Assembly: GCA_964016885.1 (NCBI GenBank)
Contig: OZ024743.1
Location: 231,322,001-231,386,000, forward strand
Direction: 5' to 3'
From: Eledone cirrhosa
Taxonomy: Eukaryota
DNA length: 64,000 bases
Shown here: positions 28,427 to 42,000 of the stretch, piece by piece
Layout of the letters: every line of letters starts with the position of its first letter
Position numbering within the stretch: position 1 is the first letter of the stretch
Made by a program: the position numbers and the translations under genes
Notes under the pieces: model-generated
What the model saw: only the letters and a program-made list of their open reading frames with translations
Databases searched by the model: none
What the model was told of the DNA's origin: nothing

Positions 28427-31400
28427 TTAATTGTAAGTTGTGATGTTGCTGTTCCACTCATATTTTCTATTTAATTTTGGTTGTAATTCTTTTATGCTTA
28501 CTGCCTCTGTAATTTGCCTAAACATTGCATCTTTTCTGTGTGTGGATTCTATTTTTATTTCTATGTTCTCTAATTTACCCTTGTGTTCTATCTTAGCATG
28601 TTGGTAGAGCACAGATGATTCTTTATTATCTTGAAGGTCTCGCCAGTGTTCATTTATTCGTTCCCCTATACTACGAGCTGTCTAACCTATGTACACTATA
28701 TTTTTGTTTCTACATTGTCCTTCAGTACATCTTATGCTATACACTACATTTCTAGTTTTACAGTTAATATGGGGGCTTATTTTACAGGTTATACATTCTT
28801 GTCTATACATGCGGGTCTTTGGAACGGGTATGTCTTGCTAATAATTGTTTTTACGGAGGTACCTGGTCTTTCTACTATCTTAATATTGAGTTTATGTTTA
28901 TTTAGGGCCCTTCTAAATTTGTAGGCTAGTTCGCCTCTAGGGGTTCTATTGATGAACATTACACTCTGGTATTTATTGCTATCATACCATGAGTTTATTC
29001 TATTGGCCTTGTTCCTAGTTCTTTCTATTCTATTCCAAAATTTGCACCTATACAAGGGGCAGGTCCCATTTATGTCATTATTTACCATTTTTTCCCATTT
29101 GGTTCTGGCTCCTCTATACACTCTGATTCTATCTCTCTGATTGTAGCCAGAAAACTGCATACGGTGGATGAAGTGTTGTATGTGTCTCTCTAGTTCTTCG
29201 GGGTTGCACATGCGGGACAGATTTCTCATCACCCGTACCAAATCCGCAATCAGTATGTTGATTTTGGTATGGTCCGAAATGGCCGAGTTTCGGTGGATCA
29301 GATGTTTGGAAGTCATGGGTTTGGCATAATGGGAATGGAGGATTTGTTTTTGGTTGTTAATGGTATCTAACCAGAGCTCTGTGTCTAGTACAGGTAATCG
29401 ATGGTTGGGGTGTCTACTTGGGTAGTCTATAGTAACTCTAATGCTCTGGTGGATGGAGTTTGCTATTTACTGGATGCTTTCCATTGTGTTTTTCTCTTGT
29501 TCCTGACTGTTATTTAGTGGGGGTGTCTTAACTACGATGTTTATATCATCTGCGTAGCGGGAGTACATTATCAGGGTTAAGCTGTCTTCTAATTGTTCTT
29601 TAAGTTTTTGTTTAAGTCTACTGTCCCACCATACCATGAATAGGTTAGCTATGTCGCCTGCAATGCTAACACCAATGGCTGCTCCTTTCTCTTGGGCATA
29701 TGTTTTACCATTAAATTTGAACATAAGTTCCTTAAGGGTTAATTTTATGCTGGCCCCTACCGCATGTGCAATCATTTTCTTCAGTTCATCGTGGTTTCCG
29801 GGTGTCCGTATGGCTCTGGTCCACCCGTTCCATCTATCTGTGTGGGTTTTCTTGGCCATTGAGGTAATGGTAGGTGGTCTGCCTCTTGCTGGTCTTGTAG
29901 GGCACAGGTTGCTAAGGTCATAAGTGTCTAGGTAACTATTACTATCGGTAAGCTTAAGTAGAAGTCCCAGATCACTGGTATCAATCCCACGGAACTCAAC
30001 CTTGCTCTCGCTGATCATTTCTACGCATTTCTCCACAGCAAAATCCCCGTCAATAGATGGATACAGGGACACAACATCCATACTGCCTATTATGCAGTTT
30101 GTTAGGTCCCCAGATCTGTTACTCACGCCGATTCTGCTGAGGAGGTCCTCCGTGCTGCCACATACATCTGTTGCCATCTCAATGATGGGGCGTATGATCA
30201 GGGAGAGGAAGTAGGACAGTCTGTAGTTACTAGCAATGTTAGCTCCACAGACTGGCCGTGTTGTTGGTCCCGCGACAGGGTCACAGCCCGTTTTATGGTC
30301 TTTTCGAAGCCCATACAACGCCGGCACGTCATTGTTCCAGGCCTGGAAGGTGTTGGCAGTCCTTTTGTTGGGCTGCATTATATTCGTCCACATCACCATA
30401 TGGGCATTGAGGGCTTTTTCTCTATCCTCATGCTCCTGTGGTGTTACCTCTCTTGTGTTAGTGATGTGGGGTTGCATTGCCTGGATGTAGTTTGGCAGGC
30501 TGTCAACCGACATTCTGCCAGACTTGTCTGTTGGAAAGCATGCTATCTCTCCATTACGTGAGCGCTGCATGAGCTTACGCAAGCCATTTGCAGATTTTTC
30601 TCCCAGTTGCTGGGCCTCTATTCTATTATGCTACTTGCTATACTGTTCTATAATATTTCTAAGTTCGGATTTAGCAATACTAAATTGTGCTTCTGTTTGT
30701 TCATCGACCTGCGACGGCAACTGCGTGCGTTTGTTAAATGGTAAAGTCGTGGCGTAGACTCGTCGCAGGTCGAATGATTTATCGGAGGGATTATAAAACG
30801 GAGTGTTCCAGGCTGCTGCTTTATGTGTACTAGTGCTATTGTTATTGTTAGTTGCGTTGTTTCTATTTCTATTTCCCCCAACAGCCTCATGGTTGTTTCT
30901 ATGTCTCTCATAATTACTCATGTCTCTTTCCACTGGCTCAATGTTGTTATCTACCCTATTTTGTGTGTCTGTGTGTTCGTCTTGGTTATTCTCTTTGTCC
31001 TTAGTCTCCCATCTCCTTTTCCTTTTAATCTTATTACTTTCCCTTATTTCTCTGATTGCTGTGGTACTGTCATTACTTGTTTTCTGTGTCTGTGTGTTTG
31101 TTAAGATTGTGGTGGTGGTGAGAGGCATTGAATGCGTGTGTGTTGTTGTTGTTGATGTGTGCTGTTGTTGATGTGTGTTGTTGTTGTCTCCGTGTGTGTT
31201 ATCGTTGTTGTGTGTGTTGTTATTGTTGTTTGTGTCTGCGTGTCTGTTGTTGTTGTTTCTGGGTATGTTGCTATTGTTGTTGTTGTTAATGTGTGTGTTG
31301 TTGTTATTGTTGTTTGTGTCTGTGTGTCTGTTGTTGTTGGGATGTGTGTTGTATATGTGTGTGCGTATATTGTTGCTTTTGTTTTTCATGCTCCAGCGTA

Positions 31401-32117
31401 GTTTTGTAAATGATTTTTCTATTTCTGACAGACAACTAATCATATTTACCTTCTTGAATGTCGCAAATTTGGGCGGCAGACATAACGCAGATATTTCATC
31501 ATTATCTATTTTTGCGTTCCCATAAATGTTGGTGTTTTTGTTGTTGAACTCTTCTGATAATGAGGTGTCGGTCATCTTGATACCGTCAATTTTGTCGGGA
31601 TATCTATTGGTATACTCTATAGTATCCTGATTTAGCTTTGCCTGTTTAAGCCACTTTAGTTTCCTGTTAAGGTGCTTATCACATTCTTGAGTAATGTACT
31701 GTTCTTCGGGGCGTATAAGGCTTATAAATATTAGTTTCTCTGTTGGTGTGGTGATTCTAGCTACTTCTTGTATTGAGTTACGCTTTTGTTTTTCTTGATG
31801 ACTTAATTCTCTACAATCTTCTTTTTTATGTTTAGAATTAAAGTTCGTTTTAGCCTATCTGCTTGTTTTTTGGTGAGTTGTAATCTTCTAACGTCGGTAT
31901 TGATGGTGTTGGTGTAGATTCTAGAAGTGGCGGACAGCTTTATGAAGGATAGTTGTCGAGATGTTATGGTTTTTCGTAGACAACAGAACATGGTGGTTTT
32001 CAGTATCTTGTTAGCCTGGCTAAGACTTACGATATTTCGTTTCTGAATTTGTTTAGCAAGATTCTTTATCTGAAATCGTGTGTTGAAACCGATATTGTTA
32101 TACTTTGGAAGGGTCAT
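28427..32117 (-). pseudogene. PLE polyprotein (N-terminal Asn/Thr-rich region, RT, Zn knuckle, GIY-YIG), interrupted by stops and frameshifts
   Basis: PTDKSGR, LYGLRKDHK, RPVCG, SMDVVSLYPSI, KGAAIGVSIAGDIANLFM, YSRYADD, HYAKPM, NVVYSIRC...VYIG. Confidence 0.9.
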
Positions 32118-32257
32118 GTTGCCAATAAGAAACACACGCACCAGTTGCTTTCACTTCAATTTATTATATATTTATAAATTTATAATTTTACAAATCTACA
32201 AACTTATAAATTTCTGGTTGGTTGGTTGGTTCCACAACCAGATAGTTGTTTATATAT

Positions 32258-32302
32258 AGTCATAGTCCTTTCGTCACACACTCTGTGACCTCTTCAGTGA
32301 CT
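32258..32302 (-). ncRNA. Minimal hammerhead ribozyme (pLTR copy 2)
   Basis: Identical to the 28166-28210 motif. Confidence 0.85.
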
Positions 32303-33170
32303 GGGGATTCCTTTCTTTGTTTCTGTGCCTTTCCTTTCTTCTGTCCTACGCCATTTTGTTTCTGTGTGTGTGTTGTGTGCTCAGTTTGCGCATGCGCCAC
32401 ATCCCTGTGTCTGTGTGTGTTTGTGTTCATTTATCTATTTGTTTATTTATTTATTTATTTATTTACATGTTGTTGGTTGGTTGTTTGTTCTATGTGTGTG
32501 TGTGTTTTCATTTTGTCCTTAATTGTAAGTTGTGATGTCGCTGTTCCACTCATATTTTCTTTTTAATTTTGGTTGTAATTCTTTTATGCTTACTGCCTCT
32601 GTAATTTGCCTAAACATTGCATCTTTTCTGTGTGTGGATTCTATTTTTATTTCTATGTTCTATAATTTACCCTTGTGTTCTATCTTAGCATGTTGGTAGA
32701 GCACAGATGATTCGTTATTATCTTGAAGGTCTCGCAAGTGTTCATTTATTCGTTCCCCTATACTACGAGCTGTCACACCTATGTACACTATATTTTTGTT
32801 TCTACATTGTCCTTCAGTACATCTTATGCTATACACTACATTTCTAGTTTTACAGTTAATAAGGGGGCTTATTTTACAGGTTATACATTTCGTATCTATA
32901 CATGCGGGTCTTTGGAACGGGTATGTCTTGCTAATAAGTGTTTTTACGAAGGTACCTGGTCTTTCTACTATCTTAATATTGAGTTTATGTTTATTTAGGG
33001 CTCTTCTAAATTTGTAGGCTAGTTCGCCTCTAGGGGTTGTATTGATGAACATTACACTCTGGTATTTATTGCTATCATACCATGAGTTTATTCTATTGGC
33101 CTTGTTCCTAGTTCTTTATATTCTATTCCAAAATTTGCTCCTATACAAGGGGCAGGTCCCATTTATGTCA

Positions 33171-33953
33171 TTATTTACCATTTTTTCCCCATTTGGTTCT
33201 GGCTCCTCTATACACTGTGATTCTATCTCTCTGATTGTAGCCAGAGAACTGCATACGGTGGATGAAGTGTTGTATGTGTCTCTCTAGTTCTTCGGGGTTG
33301 CAGATGCGGGACACATTTCTCATCACCCGTACCAAATCCGCGATCAGTATGTTGATTTTGGTATGGTCCGAAATGGCCGAGTTTCGGTGGATCAGATGTT
33401 TGGAAGTCATGGGTTTGGCATAATGGGAATGGAGGATTTGTTTTTTGTTGTTAATGGTATCTAACCAGAGCTCTGTGTCTAGTACAGGTAATCGATGGTT
33501 GGGGTGTTTACTTGGGTAGTCTATAGTAACTCTAATGCTCTGGTGGATGGAGTTTGCTATTTGCTGGATGCTTTCCATTGTGTTTTTCTCTAGTTCCTGA
33601 CTGTTCTTTAGTGGGGGTGTCTTAACTACGATGTTTATATCAACTACGTAGCGGGAGTACATTATCAGGGTTAAGCTGTCTTCTAATTGTTCTTTAAGTT
33701 TTTGTTTAAGTCTACTGTCCCACCATACCATGAATAGGTTAGCTATGTCGCCTGCAATGCTAACACCAATGGCTGCTCCTTTCTCGTGGGCAAATGTTTT
33801 ACCATTAAATTTGAACATATGTTCCTTAAGGGTTAATTTTATGCTGGCCCCTACCGCATGTGCAATCATTTTCTTCAGTTCATCGTGGTTTTCGGGTGTC
33901 CGTATGGCTCTGGTCCACCCGTTCCATCTATCTGTGTGGGTTTTCTTGGCCAT
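33171..33953 (-). pseudogene. PLE RT C-terminal half (tandem partial copy)
   Basis: KGAAIG...YSRYVVD (catalytic DD mutated); continues by frameshift into the EN ORF 32660-33052. Confidence 0.85.
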
Positions 33954-34054
33954 TGAGACACCCCAACCATCGATTACCTGTACTAGACAAAGAGCTCTGG
34001 TTAGATACCATTAATAACCAAAAATAAATCCTCCATTCCCATTATGGCAAACCC

Positions 34055-34804
34055 ATGACTTCCAAACATCTGATCCACCGAAACTCGGCCATTTCGGACC
34101 ATACCAAAATCAACATACTGATTGCGGATTTGGTACGGGTGATGAGAAATGTGTCCCGCAAGTGCAACCCCGAAGAACTAGAGAGACACATACAACACTT
34201 CATCCACCGTATGCAGTTCTCTGGCTACAATCAGAGAGATAGAATCAGAGTGTATAGAGGAGCCAGAACCAAATGGGAAAAAATGGTAAATAATGACATA
34301 AATGGGACCTGCCCCTTGTATAGGTGCAAATTTTGGAATAGAATAGAAAGAACTAGGAACAAGGCCAATAGAATAAACTCATGGTATGATAGCAATAAAT
34401 ACCAGAGTGTAATGTTCATCAATACAACCCCTAGAGGCGAACTAGCCTACAAATTTAGAAGGGCCCTAAATAAACATGAACTCAATATTAAGATAGTAGA
34501 AAGACCAGGTACCTCCGTAAAAACAATTATTAGCAAGTCATACCCGTTCCAAAGACCCTCATGTATAGATAAGAAATGTATAACCTGTAAAATAAGACCC
34601 CATATTAACTGTAAAACTAGAAATGTAGTGTATAGCATAAGATGTACTGAAGGACAATGTAGAAACAAAAATATAGTGTACATAGGTGAGACAGCTCGTA
34701 GTATAGGGGAACGAATAAATGAACACTGGCGAGACCTTCAAGATAATAACGAATCATCTGTGCTCTACCAACATGCTAAGATAGAACACAAGGGTAAATT
34801 ATAG
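34055..34804 (+). pseudogene. PLE thumb + Zn knuckle + GIY-YIG endonuclease (inverted copy)
   Basis: CIDKKCITC...NVVYSIRC...VYIGETARSIGERINEH; premature stop. Confidence 0.85.
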
Positions 34805-35161
34805 AACATAGAAATAAAAATAGAATCCACACACAGAAAAGATGCAATGTTTAGGCAAATTACAGAGGCAGTAAGCATAAAAGAATTACAACCAAAATTA
34901 AAAAGAAAATATGAGTGGAACAGCGACATCACAACTTACAATTAAGGACAAAATGAAAACACACACACACATAGAACAAACAACCAACCAACAACATGTA
35001 AATAAATAAATAAATAAATAAACAAATAGATAAATGAACACAAACACACACAGACACCCGGATGTGGCGCATGCGCAAACTGAGCACACAACACACACAC
35101 AGAAACAAAATGGCGTAGGACAGAAGAAAGGAAAGGCACAGAAACAAAGAAAGGAATCCCC

Positions 35162-35206
35162 AGTCACTGAAGAGGTCACAGAGTGTGTGACGAAAGGACT
35201 ATGACT
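35162..35206 (+). ncRNA. Minimal hammerhead ribozyme (pLTR copy 3)
   Basis: AGTCACTGAAGAGGTCACAGAGTGTGTGACGAAAGGACTATGACT. Confidence 0.85.
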
Positions 35207-35424
35207 ATATATAAACAACTATCTAGTTGTGGAACCAACCAACCAACCAGAAATTTATAAGTTTGTAGATTTGTAAATTTATAAATTTATAAATATATAA
35301 TAAATTGAAGTGAAACAACTGGTGCGTGTGTTTCTTATTGGCAACATGACCCTCCCAAAGTATAACAATATCGGTTTCAACACACGATTTCAGATAAAGA
35401 ATCTTGCTAAACAAATTCAGAAAC

Positions 35425-35484
<60 letters not shown>

Positions 35485-36551
35485 CACATTTAGAGGATCT
35501 GCACCCATATGTGTGTATGTATATATATATATATATATATAAAAGATGTGCATACGAAGGCATTTCTGAATGTATAATATCTTTATATATGAGAAACATA
35601 AAAAAACACGTTATTAATCCCATAATGTGCGCACATCGCGATGCTTATTTGCATATTAGGCGATCTTCGCCGGATTGAATTATTTTCTGGTCTGTTTACA
35701 TGTCTACACACTCAGTTTGTAAATTTATATTAAAATGTATGCTGTGTTGCTATTGTTTAATCTGTATGTATGGAGTTACAATTTTACCATATATTTCGGT
35801 TGCTTAACGCTCACATTCATTAAAATTTTAATTTACATCCAACTTCAGCGCTAATACCAGGCTAATTAGTACGTCAGTTTCATGTTATTACTGTCAGAGA
35901 TTCAGTACATAATCCTATCGTTTACACAACTCCTTTTCTCTGTGTAGATGATGTATACGCCGTCTGATGAAAGTCCAGCATGGCTTAAAAACCAGTTAAA
36001 TCTATTCATCAGTTTTTCAATTTATAGAAAAATACGTATATGTTTACATGTTTATACAGTCAATGTTGAAATTTATATACATATTTACTTAGTCTTGGTT
36101 ACCTCTATTTTGTTTATACACCGATATAACTTTATCATATACATAAACATGGCGTATCTGTCTGGACTAAAGTGTCCTTTAGCATTACCATTCGAGAATT
36201 GACAATGGTATGAATGAGGAAATTGCATATATGAAAGATCAAACACACACATACAAAACACTTCAGATAAAAAAAGCAAATTAATAGAAATATTTTCCGA
36301 ATCAATTATATTTATCGATAATGTACGTACGCATACAACCAGGCGAGGCATCAATACGATTACATAGAAAGTGTCTTCAATCGATCGAAATCTTGCACAT
36401 TTAAGCGGAATTTGCTTTACCAGGATATTTACCTATTTGTCAGTTTATTTTGAAATATCAGATCATTTGAAGTCTCAACTATATTTTTATCTTTTTAAAA
36501 TGAATTGAATTGCGAGGACTGACTCAAAAGAAAGATACAAAAGAGAGAAAA

Positions 36552-36697
36552 ATATAGAATAAAAATATATCCATAATGCATTACAAGTGAGATGTGTTGT
36601 GTCATATCTGTCATATATAAAGACAGAGAGAGAGAGGGGAGGGAGACAGATTGAGATACAGAAATATATATGTATATATCGGACTCATACTTTTTCC

Positions 36698-36759
<62 letters not shown>

Positions 36760-36908
36760 GGAAAAAGTATGAGTCCGATATATACATATATATTTCTGTA
36801 TCTCAATCTGTCTGTCTCCCCCCCTCTCTCTCTCTGTCTTTATATATGACAGATATGACACAACACATCTCACTTGTAATGCATTATGGATATATTTTTA
36901 TTCTATAT
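36552..36908. repeat. Long palindrome: ~150 bp arms around a (TA)n core
   Basis: 36552-36705 is the near-perfect reverse complement of 36751-36908. Confidence 0.95.
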
Positions 36909-36921
36909 ATATATATATATA

Positions 36922-37110
36922 TAGTAGAATAATCGAGAATCGGAATTTCAGCCCACGAAATCACGATAAACAATATCCGATATATGTGGCAGAGGCCTCA
37001 ATAATTTGGAAAAATCAGAGCTATAACTATCGTTAAAATACCAACACATAGAGGTCATGCCTAAAATCACCCATGCAGACGAAAATGAACGACCAGGAAG
37101 ATTCGGGTCA
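36922..37110 (-). mobile_element. Terminal fragment of TA-targeting repeat family D
   Basis: Reverse-complement homologue of 63782-63965. Confidence 0.7.
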
Positions 37111-37238
37111 TATATATATATATGTGTGTATAGTAATAATAATAAATTTGAAGACTAAAATCCAAAGAGGGCTCGATATATATATATAGGAAAAAGTATA
37201 TGTATCTATCTATATATATACATGTATCTATCTATCTA

Positions 37239-37329
<91 letters not shown>

Positions 37330-37471
37330 GTGCGTGTGTGTGTGTGTGTAAGTGTATCGTATTTATGTATGCATGTTTATAAATACTTTAAAACTTTAAA
37401 ATAAGCATTACCATACATGCACGTGAATGAGCATACGGGTGAACACATACACTCATATATACATGTCTATA

Positions 37472-37558
<87 letters not shown>

Positions 37559-37560
<2 letters not shown>

Positions 37561-39760
37561 CGAAGGAAATGTGGTAAGGAATCAGATGGACCATAACGCA
37601 CCAAAGTACTCAATACTTAGGGTAGTAGAGTGGGTAATAGGAACGAGTAGGAATCCCGGCGGCTGAGCTCAAGCCGTTTCGACGGGTAATTCTGGACTAA
37701 ATGAAAATGTTTATCCTGGTAAATGAATAGCCGAACTTTTCAGGGGGTAATTCCATATATGGTAGAAGTGATTGTCACAAGGATTGGTCAAAAGAGATAG
37801 AGAGTTACTATGCTTCAATTACCTTACCGCTCCTTGGACTTTGCCGAGACACTTGCGCCCATCACCGACCAGAAAAGAAATATCATCCTCTACGCCAGGA
37901 AGACAGTCCTACTTTTCGACAACTCCAAATGGATAAAAAGAGCTCCTGACTCCCCCTTCGACGTCGTTATGGGCGCGACGCATTCGGCTGAGGTCACAGA
38001 TCTTATAGGATTATTCCTACTAGTTAAACTCACCGATATGTTTCCTGCTTTCGGCCGTGGATTGTACCGTGATGATGGGCTCTTTACCCTTAAAGGGTAC
38101 AACACCAGTAGTACAGACCGGGTGCGTAAACAATTAATCAGCTTCTTCCGCGACTGGGGATTTAAAATAACCCTACAAACGTCCCTAACCCGAGTAAACT
38201 TCCTGGCGTTACCCTTAACCTCGATAATGATCTGTACTACCCATACAGGAAATCAAACGACAACCTGCACTACGTCCACCGCCTGTCGAACCATCCTAGA
38301 AATATCACCAATAACCTGGTTAAAAACATCTCCCTCCGCATATCTCGTTTGTCCGCGAATGAGCAGATATTCGAGGAACATGCGCATAATTAGAACCAGG
38401 CCCTCAAGCGGAGTAGCTTCCGGCAGGAAATATCCTATTGTCCAGCCCCCATTGGCGGAACCAGTAGGCGACACCGGCGCTCACGCAACGTAACATGGTT
38501 CAATCCTCCCCATAACGCCGAGGTGACAACACCTATCGGGAAAATCTTCATTAGGCTCATCGAAAAACACTTCCCACTACAACACCGCTACCACAACATA
38601 ATCAACAAAAATACCATCAAACTCTCCTACAGCACCACACCAAACTTTGCACAAAACATCGTCTCCTCTAACAACAAAAACTCAACCCCTATGGAAGAAA
38701 TAACCTAGATAGCAGTGGAGAACCCACCAGGAGCTGTAACTGTCCTGATGGATCCATTTGCCCCCTCGACAACAGATGCAGATATCGTAATGTTATCTAC
38801 CAGTGCAACGTGACGACGGACACCTCCAACAAAGTTTATATAGGATTAACCGCTTGTTACTTCAAGACCCGGCTATACCAACACAGACATACTTTCCGAA
38901 ACCCAGTCCGGCGTCACGCCACTACACTTTCGGGCCACATCTGGGACCTCAAAAATGACAATATAACCTATAATCTCTCTTGGTGCTTACTGTCCAGAGC
39001 CAACTCTTACACGGGAGGATGCCGTCCGTGTAACTTATGCTCAGAGGAAACATTACAAATGGTGTTTTCGACGGACCAACTCCTAAACAAGAAAGACGAT
39101 CTGGTACTGCATGCAAACAGATTGCGTAGGACATACCTTGCCCTCAAATCCCATAATGACCCGGGGGGGGGGCAACCAAGGGCTGAAACACCCCACTTGC
39201 CGACTTTGTAATGGGTAACCCTTGCTTACAAAGGTAGACGTAACTTTTCTGTAAAGATTTTCTTATATATTTTTTATCGTTTCTTCTATATTTCCTTCTT
39301 CCCCCATCCCTCCTTGTCCTTCCATCCCAGATCTCCTTCTTTGACGTCGTTCTTTTCAGCTTCTCGCCCACCCCGAAGCTGCCCTTCGGTCCTCTGTAGC
39401 CTCAGTACCCCCACCCCTCTTATTCTATGATAGAATTGCCGATTCCGCTTTTTATAGCAGATGTGCTAGACCCCCAGATACTTGCTTTCTTCTCTGATTG
39501 CTGCCCCATTTCCGTGATTTCTAGATTTCTTAGTGGTATTTCTGCTTTAGTTTCTCGTATATCAGTATTTTTGGTTAGTCTGAATTAATTTTTCGTATTA
39601 GTTTTTAATATATATTGTACGAGCATTTATGTAGTTTGTATTAGAATTTATGTATTGTAGCAGTACTTATATATATCGTATTAGTATTCATGTTTCGGGG
39701 TTCTGAATTAATATTTCCTATTAGTTTCGGGACTCTGAATTATTATTTCGTATTGTTTCG
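37559..39760 (+). mobile_element. Naiad-like PLE remnant (RT-EN on +) preceded by an inverted family E pLTR (37559-~37800)
   Basis: FDVVMGATHSAEVTDLIG, GLYRDDG, WFNPP, CNCPDGSICPLDNRC..VIYQC, VYIGLT, CNLCSEE; frameshifted. The right boundary is approximate. Confidence 0.85.
37653..37748 (-). ncRNA. Degenerate hammerhead of family E (long stem II)
   Basis: ACCCC-CTGAAAA-...-GAAA-CGGC...GCCG-CC-GGGAT. Other copies show GCCG-TC-GGGGT, which restores GUC and stem I. Confidence 0.6.
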
Positions 39761-39762
39761 CC

Positions 39763-40620
39763 ATCAATAAAACAGGGAAAAAACCACAAGTGTATGGAAT
39801 CTATAACCTATGAAAGGCATGGTAGACACACGATAAATAAAAATATAAACTAAAGTGTAAATACGTACCTCTATAACTATATAACACACGTACAAATCCA
39901 AAGAGATCTGTTTCGTCAAGAAGTTGTTGACTGAAATGAGGTAGCCCATGTTTCATCAGCGCATGCAATACTATACATTCCAGACAATTCTAAGAGAATC
40001 TAAAGCGACTGCCCAGCTACACGAGGGAGAGAGTGTCACAGCATGTTTAGGGCAGTGAACCAGTGGTGTCTGAGGGACGAGCTGCTAGAAAGGGCAGCAC
40101 AAAACCATTCAGAGAAGTGTGCTGGACCAAACAGAGAGAGAGGAAAGATTTATAACGAGCTAAATATCACGATAAATTAACGGAGCCATAGACTCTCGCT
40201 ATTCCCTGTCAATAATGTACTCAAAGGAGAAGGAATCCTGAGTTCTTTAAAATACAATATGTTGGAAAGGTAACACACTAGAGAGAGATAGTGTGCCATC
40301 AATAAAATAGGGAAAAACCACCAGTGTATGGAATCTATAACCTATGAAAGGCAGGGTAGACACACGATAAATAATAATATAAACTAAAATGTAAATACGT
40401 ACCTCTATAACTATATAACACACGTACAAATCCAAAGAGATCTGTCTTACACACGCTGATGAACCATGGGCTACTTCATTTCAGTCAACAACTTCTTGAC
40501 GAAACAGATCTCTTAGGATTTGTACGTGTATTATATAGTTATAGAGGTACGTATTTACACTTTAGTTTATATTTTTAATTATCGTGTGTCTACCCTGCCT
40601 TTCGTAGGTTATAGATTCCA
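39763..40620. mobile_element. PLE-like remnant with direct (39763-39960, 40296-40445) and inverted (40446-40620) pLTR segments
   Basis: Repeated ~150-200 bp segment; HHR-like CTGATGA...GTCAA..TTGAC-GAAA-CAGATC-TC at 40456-40512 (+) and 39903-39959 (-). Confidence 0.65.
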
Positions 40621-40627
40621 ACACCGA

Positions 40628-41130
40628 CACATACTTATATTTAGTTATCAGCCGTACTTAGAGTGAGGAATGAAATTTCGTTTCATTCTTTTCCATTTAT
40701 CGTTTTCAGTATGCCCGGCCAACCAACTCACACGATATGCAAATTAGGCTGCTCAGCCGTTAATATGCATAAGGAAAGTATATACTTTCACACGTTCAAT
40801 CGACTGACAGGAAGGTATACGGTGCTGATGACAGCTAATAAGCTAGAAACTAGTTCATCGTTCCTTTGTCAGTGTTGAAGAAAAGGGCAACGATGGTTGG
40901 CGAGCACTGCACGGCTTAATTCGGGCTGTTTGTTTACAAAAAAGCCGAACATTATAATAAATGTTCGGTAAACCCATACGTACATATATATATATGTGTG
41001 CATGCATGTATGTATATACATACTACTGTACGTCTGTATACATATATGTATGTACGTATACATACTTATATTTAAGTATCAGCCGTAGTAAGACTGACAA
41101 ATGAAATTTCTTTTTTTCTCTTTATCGTTT
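40628..41130 (+). mobile_element. Dispersed copy of the ~400 bp HHR repeat (family F)
   Basis: Homologous to the 47530-50400 units; HHR CGGTG-CTGATGA-CAGCT-AATA-AGCTA-GAAA-CTAG-TT-CATCG at 40820-40860. Confidence 0.85.
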
Positions 41131-41969
41131 TCGTGTGTGTGTGCATGTGTGTATGTGGATGCATGTCTACCTACATGTACAGTATATGAAGGTAGAAATT
41201 GAAACTGAATATTATTTTCAAATATAACACGTACAAAAATTTTGACAAAGCATTTGAGATTGTCTGCAAAATCCCCTTGCTTGTTTGAAAATATTGAAAG
41301 AAGCCATAGCATACCCGGAACAAATGAGATTACATTCCATGATTTACCAACGGCTGGAAAATGTCCTCGACAGTGTCTGCAATTTGATATTCAATATTAA
41401 GCTCAGGCATTCATGTGTCAATACGTTGAGCAGAGTTTATCATGGGCAGATATGTCAAAACTACGTGATCTCATCATATTAAATAAAACAAGCGCAGTAA
41501 CACATGCAATTGTAGCGTTCTTTGCTATTTCAAACTATGCAATGTATAGTCGTATATACATACAGTTAAGAACTGTAAAATATAATCACTGCTTTTGCTA
41601 ACCTGTATTCTTTTCCAACGCAAGCTCTATATATATGCCTCTGCGGAGTTAACATCTGAAATACACTGCACATTGTAAACGTCACATTCCCAATATTTTT
41701 ATATACGTAGCATTATATGATGTAGTTTTAGTGCTTCAGTCACGTGGTATTTATTACGGTTCCATGTGTTCTGTGTTCAAATGTGCTTGGCACGTAAGAT
41801 ATTCATCATTCTGTATCAGATAAATAGAGTACTCGTCTATGACGATAGAAGGGTGACGTTTCTAGAGTGAGAAACCGACAGCCCTGCTGTATCTATTTCT
41901 CTATTTCGATTCTATACATTTAGATTGAAGAGACTTCTATAGCATGATTATATAGATGTAATCCACCAA

Positions 41970-42000
<31 letters not shown>

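Larger units (their letters stand above)
28010..35427 (-). mobile_element. Neptune-like Penelope-like element: full-length copy (28010-32117, -), upstream tandem partial copy (~32033-33957, -) and inverted copy (~33956-35427, +)
   Basis: Three near-identical EN+pLTR segments; RT, CxxxxCxxC linker and GIY-YIG motifs; one HHR in each pLTR; TA repeats at both ends. Confidence 0.92.

Noticed and set aside
35964-36000. CTGATGA-AAGTC..GGCTT hammerhead candidate
   Set aside because: GAAA is absent and stem I is missing; at best a dead relic.
39154-39190. SECIS-like ATGAC...AA...TGAA after the PLE endonuclease
   Set aside because: Helix II pairs poorly and this element has no TGA at Cys positions.
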